From positions 47,854 to 111,853 of the forward strand of contig CAINNF010000019.1 in the NCBI GenBank assembly GCA_903851045.1: 64,000 bases of DNA. Reading direction: 5' to 3'. This stretch comes from Candidatus Adlerbacteria bacterium. GTDB taxonomy: Bacteria > Patescibacteriota > Minisyncoccia > Phycocordibacterales > SBAW01. Each line of letters starts with the position of its first letter. Within the stretch, counting starts at the first letter, position 1. The notes beneath the pieces were generated by a model. The model was given only the letters and a program-made list of their open reading frames with translations. It was not told the DNA's origin and made no database searches. Shown one piece after another: positions 59,530 through 64,000 of this stretch. Both the position numbers and the translations under genes were made by a program.

Positions 59530-59545
59530 AAAATATAAAATATGC

Positions 59546-59728
59546 CTACTTGATCTTTGTCTTAGCCATGAACCGCTCAAACTCGATGCGGTCCACTCTG
59601 AACTCCTTGCCGATCTTGTGGGCAGCGAGCCGCTTTGCCTTGATGTAACGGTAAATAGTCATGACATTCACCGATAATATCTTGGCCACCTCCGTTGCTG
59701 TGTAATACGTTTTTTCGTCTTTATTCAT
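59546..59728 (-). CDS. Excisionase-family helix-turn-helix DNA-binding protein (MerR-like HTH_17)
   Basis: YTATEVAKILSVNVMTIYRYIKAKRLAAHKIGKEFRVDRIEFERFM. Confidence 0.65.
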   Translation of the reverse strand: MNKDEKTYYTATEVAKILSVNVMTIYRYIKAKRLAAHKIGKEFRVDRIEFERFMAKTKIK

Positions 59729-59764
59729 ACCGTTTAGCTACCCTAGAATGATACTTGACTTTTG

Positions 59765-59794
59765 TTGACATTACAATACCTGAGCGAGTACAAT
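59765..59794 (+). promoter_or_regulatory. Sigma-70-like promoter TTGACA-18-TACAAT for the DUF4145 gene
   Basis: -35 at 59765-59770, -10 at 59789-59794, ATG at 59801 (near-leaderless). Confidence 0.45.
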
Positions 59795-59800
59795 ATCCTC

Positions 59801-60481
59801 ATGAAAGCTAAGCTTAGTAACGCAAATGTAAGAGCACGATGTCCTGATTGCGACGGCGCTTTGACAACCTTTGAGAGGGTTTATGGTGGACGTGAGTTGG
59901 GTCACGTACTGATAAATTACTCTCACTACTATGGTCCTAGTATTTATTCACGTATCCTCTACACGCTGTTACGTTGTGCAGGTTGTGGCCGTGGTGGTTT
60001 AGCAAAAATACACGATAATGGTAATGAAAACGATGCGGCGCTCGAGTGGTTTTTCCCCAACTCGCTAGAACTATCGGAGTTACCCGATGCTGTCCCAGCT
60101 GAGATTGAGGCTGACTTTCGTGAAGCTGAGACATGTGCCTCGTTCGGCGCAAAGCGAGGTGCTTCTGCGCTCATCCGATCGGCGCTTGAAAAAGCACTGA
60201 AGGCGAGTGGTTATGTAAAGCGCTCACTCGAAGCTAACATCGACGATGCCGCGAGTGATGGTGTTATCACTGATGCAAGAAAGCAAAAGGCGCACGAAGA
60301 TGTGCGTGTGCTCGGTAACGACGTTTTACATGATGCGTGGAGGGAGGTAACCGATGAGGAAGTGGAGTTGGCTATCCACTACACACAGCGTGTATTGGAA
60401 GACCTTTACGATGACCGTAACTCAGTCGAAAACATCTTACTTGCTAAGAAGCGCTTGCCTGAAAAAAAGACTGAAAACTAA
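59801..60481 (+). CDS. Zn-ribbon + DUF4145 (HEPN-like) domain protein
   Basis: N-terminal CPDCDG...CAGCGRG; C-terminal ASALIRSALEKALKA...VRVLGNDVLHDAW...VLEDLYD matches the DUF4145 consensus (R..GN..aH). Confidence 0.7.
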   Translation: MKAKLSNANVRARCPDCDGALTTFERVYGGRELGHVLINYSHYYGPSIYSRILYTLLRCAGCGRGGLAKIHDNGNENDAALEWFFPNSLELSELPDAVPAEIEADFREAETCASFGAKRGASALIRSALEKALKASGYVKRSLEANIDDAASDGVITDARKQKAHEDVRVLGNDVLHDAWREVTDEEVELAIHYTQRVLEDLYDDRNSVENILLAKKRLPEKKTEN

Positions 60482-60484
60482 AAC

Positions 60485-61366
60485 ATGTCCTCTAAAAAGC
60501 CCTTAAAAGAGAAAACAGTTGCGCAAGAGATCATCGAACGGAGCGGAAACTCCTTTCATTCGCGTGTCGTAAATAAACTGCGCGAGTTGGAGTGGGGCGT
60601 GTTGGTTAGTCCTCATTACAACGATAACTTTACCGACAAACCTCGTGAAATAGACATAATCGCTGAGAAGAAGTTTGACGTGAATGAGTTTATGAACGAC
60701 TGGCTTGGCACTCTCAATGTGCGCCTATTTATCGAGTGTAAGTACATCAACGGCGATACTGTTTTCTGGTTTGAGGCTAAAGATATGGAACGAGCTACCC
60801 ACCGCATAATGCGAGACACGGGGCTCGAAGACCCTCGTCATAATACCGGTATACAAAAACATCATTACTACACTGCTGTGCCTGTCGCAAAGCTCTGGGC
60901 TTCCAACTCAAACAAAAGTGAGGACAATGAGGTAATGAACAAAGCCATCAACCAAGTGCTTAATGGGATGATCTACTACCGAAATGGTGGAGACCTCAAA
61001 ATAGCGTCAAATAAAAACGGGTATATGGACCGAGTGTTGAAACGTACATCGTATCCACTCATTGTTGTTAACTCATTCGAAAACTTTCATGCAACGCCGA
61101 TGAGTGGTGATGGGGAGCCGCAGCCTATAACCGAGCCATTCGCTTTGGAAGTAAACTATGCTTACACCGACAAGGATCACAAAGGGGTCAATGAGTATTT
61201 TCTGATTGACGTCGTGAGCTTGGATAAGCTTCCTGAGTTCCTTACATCAGCCATAGAAAAAGCAGACGTGGCGACCATATCTGAAAAACTGAGGTGGGAC
61301 CAGCGTTCTGCCCGTGCGGCGGAGAGCCGAAGTCAACAGAACCGTGGGATTAGCGACTACATGTAA
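60485..61366 (+). CDS. Hypothetical protein with N-terminal PD-(D/E)xK-like nuclease motif
   Basis: EIDIIAE ... LFIECKY (D ... E-x-K spacing) in the first 95 aa; C-terminal ~190 aa unassigned. Confidence 0.5.
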   Translation: MSSKKPLKEKTVAQEIIERSGNSFHSRVVNKLRELEWGVLVSPHYNDNFTDKPREIDIIAEKKFDVNEFMNDWLGTLNVRLFIECKYINGDTVFWFEAKDMERATHRIMRDTGLEDPRHNTGIQKHHYYTAVPVAKLWASNSNKSEDNEVMNKAINQVLNGMIYYRNGGDLKIASNKNGYMDRVLKRTSYPLIVVNSFENFHATPMSGDGEPQPITEPFALEVNYAYTDKDHKGVNEYFLIDVVSLDKLPEFLTSAIEKADVATISEKLRWDQRSARAAESRSQQNRGISDYM

Positions 61367-61372
61367 AACTTT

Positions 61373-61870
61373 ATGACAATCCTCTACATAGCAGCCGGTA
61401 TCATCATTGCAGCAGCCGTTGTACTTGCTTTTTTACGTGGTGATCTTGGTGGTGCTGATGAGGAGAAGGCAAAGTATGACTACAAACGCAGGAGCTTCTT
61501 TCTCACGCGTGCGGAGCACGAGTGTTACGACGCGCTGGTTGCCGCTGTTGGTAATGAGTATCTCGTCTTTGCTCAAGTGCATCTCCCGACGCTAGTCGAC
61601 AACAAGGTAAAAGGGCAAAACTGGCGTGCTGCATTTCGCCACATCAGCGAGAAGTCAGTCGACTTTGTGTTGTGCGATAAGGCGTACATCTCTGCGAAGC
61701 TCGCCATTGAACTGGACGACAAGACACATGAGCGTCCTGAGCGGCAGGAGCGGGACCGGGAGGTGGAGCGCATCCTGCAGGGCGCCGGTCTGCCTCTCTT
61801 GAGGCTCGAGAACCACGGGAGCTTTAGCCCAGCTGAACTTGCCTCCAAAATAAAAGAAGCTCTCAAGTAA
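61373..61870 (+). CDS. TM-anchored DUF2726 (restriction-endonuclease-like/NERD-related) domain protein
   Basis: N-terminal TM; FLTRAEHECYDALVAAVGNEYLVFAQVHL...SVDFVLCDK...IELDDKTHERPERQERDREVERIL matches the DUF2726 pattern. Confidence 0.65.
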   Translation: MTILYIAAGIIIAAAVVLAFLRGDLGGADEEKAKYDYKRRSFFLTRAEHECYDALVAAVGNEYLVFAQVHLPTLVDNKVKGQNWRAAFRHISEKSVDFVLCDKAYISAKLAIELDDKTHERPERQERDREVERILQGAGLPLLRLENHGSFSPAELASKIKEALK

Positions 61871-62113
61871 GTGCCTAAAGCGAGACTTGCAACTTCAAGC
61901 ATTCGAAGTTGGAATGGCCACATGGTTTTTCCAAACAAACAAAACACCGCCGAGCTCCAGCGGATCATCAAAGAAACAACCGGGCAGGATGTGTCCATCC
62001 GCGAGACCTTTAGGGTTTGGCATTATTTAAACAAGGTGCTCCTTTGCACAAGTCTGTGGAATGATGACGTTGAGCCTCCGCGCGCGAGGGCACAGCAAGC
62101 GCTCTTTGACTGA
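61871..62113 (+). CDS. Small hypothetical ORF (low confidence)
   Basis: GTG start directly after the DUF2726 stop; no RBS. Confidence 0.2.
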   Translation: MPKARLATSSIRSWNGHMVFPNKQNTAELQRIIKETTGQDVSIRETFRVWHYLNKVLLCTSLWNDDVEPPRARAQQALFD

Positions 62114-62943
62114 CAAGCGGAGTGCGTTTAAACCTTACGCGCGAGAAATGTAAGTTGGTTGAAGTGGTTTTTATCTCCACTTTGCTACAAAATGGCTTGG
62201 ATTAAAGGTTTCTTGTTTTTTAACCTCACTTACATCAACTTCAACCACATTAATCGCTTACACTTCGCATTTGGAGCATTCATTTCGCCTTACGCGCGAG
62301 TACTCCAAGTTGCTCACTGTGGTGGTTTGGCTGTTTTTGTTGTATTGCATAGCTTTTTTACGTTATACGCCTGTTGGAGCCTTTGTGGCTATTGGAGCCA
62401 GAATGTGCTCGATCACCTTGGCGTTGAATGCGTTGCCTAAGGCCTTGTAGCGCTGTGTGTTGTTGAGCAACGAGTGATCTTTCGCGCGCGCGCCGCGCGC
62501 GGAGTTGTTGTAGCTATTCTAGTACACAGTTCAATACCCTCATTGTGTACCTACTGAAATGATAAAGACCTTGTGTCCGCTAGGCATTCCTGCAACAACG
62601 GGCTCGTTCGGTAGTAATCCCAGAACCGTTCGAGGCAGCTTTTAAGCTGGTTCGAAGTATTATGGGAGGTGTCCACACGAGGAAGCAGGTTTCAGGTACC
62701 GTATTTTGATGTCTTTAAAAATTAGCATTCTTTCTCACATAAAAGAAAATGCTGAAGATAAAAGCCTACTAGATTTTTGCTCTACAGAAACTATTTTGTT
62801 ATTTTGCAAAAAACTAAAATAAGCAGAGCAGAAAGAGAAATGGGCGTCAGGTAGCGATTTTCTATATATTGAGTGGTGCGTAAAGGGACCACTTCATGTT
62901 TTTTTGGATTTATACTGAGGGTATATTAGTAGCACAAAGTCTT

Positions 62944-64000
62944 TGTGAAAAAAATACTTTTGGTCGCGGTTTTGGTGTGTGCTCCTTCGTTCGCGTTCGC
63001 TTCGTTTGACCAGAATCTCCAGTATGGCTCGCATGGGCTCGCGGTGCGTGACCTGCAGATCTTTCTTGCGTCGCAAGGGTGCTTGACGATGAACCCGACG
63101 GGTAATTTTTTTGGCGTAACACGTCAAAGTGTGAAATGCTTCCAGGGGCAGCACAATGTGCCGACGACAGGGTACTTCGGCCCTATGACACGTGCGCTCG
63201 CGAACTCGCTTGCTGCGTCCAGCACATCCACCCAGTCGCAAGGTACGCAGCCGCAGGGGACTCAAAAGCAGCAGACTTTTCCAGCGACGCCACCGACGCA
63301 AGGACAGGGTCAACAAAATCAACAGCCATCAGCGACCGCGACTAGCTCCGATAGTAGCCAATACTCGCTCGCGCAGGCCATGAGCGACAACGCGCAACTT
63401 TCAACCATCGCTTTTAGTGGGCTGGCGTTCATCACGGGGAGCGCAGGGGCGGACACCTTCTTCCCGCCGGGCAAGGTGGCGGACTTCTTCGGCTTTCAAT
63501 ACATGCGCGATGTGGATACCGCCGGGTATGGGCACAATACGCAGTTCCTTACGCGCGTCGCCAATAATGTACTCTCCATCCTAACCGATGACCAAAAGGC
63601 GAAACTTATCGCGCTCGCCAAGGTGCAGGCGCCCAAGTACACCAACTTCGCGTACAACCGCTTCTTGGTAACCAACGCATTTCGTCGCGACCTAACCGGT
63701 GATATCCCTGCGGGTTCGACGGGTCTTAGTACCTCGTCGATATCGACCTACGTCGGTGATCTCTACAAAACGGATGCGGACCTTAGCTACAACCGCGCGC
63801 TCGTCGTCGGCGCAATCATCAACTCGTTCACCGGCACACAGAAGGCCTATCTTGCGAAGATGCAGTTCAACGACTTCACTACGTGGCCAGACGTGCCCGA
63901 GAACGCGGCTATCAAGCAGGGACTCAGTAATAGCGAATATATCGCGCTCATGACCTACGCGAGCGAACTCTTTTCGTGGTACAAGGGGAGCGTCGTCGCG
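62944..64000 (+). CDS. Secreted protein with N-terminal peptidoglycan-binding domain and Q-rich linker (partial, continues past window end)
   Basis: Not in the ORF track because no stop falls inside the window. GTG start after an in-frame TAG; signal peptide VKKILLVAVLVCAPSFAFA; GSHGLAVRDLQIFLASQGCL...GYFGP PG_binding_1 motif; GC returns to host-like. Confidence 0.6.

Larger units (their letters stand above)
52035..62900. mobile_element. Putative integrated genomic island adjacent to tRNA-Ala (lower GC; serine recombinase, R-M, defense-like genes)
   Basis: GC falls to roughly 45-50% from the tRNA to ~62.9 kb, against ~57% in the flanks. The recombinase gene abuts and overlaps the tRNA 3' end. 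The right boundary is approximate and no att repeat was identified. Confidence 0.55.

Noticed and set aside
62470-62510. Alternating CG tract (ttcgcgcgcgcgccgcgcgcgg) as a functional element
   Set aside because: It is short and isolated in the AT-rich island edge. It could form Z-DNA or a hairpin but nothing supports a specific function.
62560-62700. Possible attR / tRNA-Ala 3' fragment at the right end of the island (tatgggaggtgtccaca resembles ...ggaggtg...tccaca of the tRNA)
   Set aside because: Only ~13 scattered matching nt, which is within chance. Large serine recombinases generate only 2-bp crossover identity, so no long direct repeat is expected. The boundary is therefore left approximate.
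62894-63322. 142-aa minus-strand ORF
   Set aside because: It is a shadow of the plus-strand partial gene starting at 62944, which has a signal peptide and a PG-binding domain.

Overview
This is a compact, gene-dense bacterial chromosomal segment (about 55-60% GC by eye). Many adjacent genes overlap by 4 bp (ATGA-type junctions).

Left end (1-7.1 kb): a cell-envelope glycan cluster with two GT4, one GT2 and a PMT/ArnT-like GT-C glycosyltransferase, a deacetylase-like protein, a AAA ATPase, and RelE- and HicB-type toxin-antitoxin genes.

7.1-9.7 kb and 14.7-18.2 kb: secreted and surface proteins, including a 1171-aa protein with about 20 BNR/Asp-box repeats plus Ig-like domains.

Middle: housekeeping genes (DEAD-box helicase, typA, rarA, msrA, tgt, an FKBP PPIase, uvrB-uvrA-uvrC, ddl, a pterin dehydratase). 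Also a SET-domain protein, a GH18 hydrolase, a bPH_2 membrane protein, an FAD oxidoreductase, and an ECF sigma/anti-sigma operon coupled to a MacAB-like ABC efflux system.

Two REP-associated tyrosine transposase (RAYT) genes are each flanked by their own family of palindromic REP repeats.

tRNA-Ala (52035-52107) marks the start of a lower-GC island of about 10.8 kb. It carries a large serine recombinase, a compact Type I-like R-M system (hsdR plus an hsdM-single-TRD fusion), an excisionase-family HTH gene, and a three-gene candidate defense module: a Zn-ribbon DUF4145/HEPN-like protein, a PD-(D/E)xK-like protein and a TM-DUF2726 protein.

The most unusual sequence-level signal is a 26-nt identical core flanked by self-complementary arms that differ between copies but stay complementary. 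It sits in-frame inside tgt and, in inverted orientation, inside uvrB, within the low-complexity insertions of both proteins.

All function calls come from motif recognition by eye; no database searches were run.
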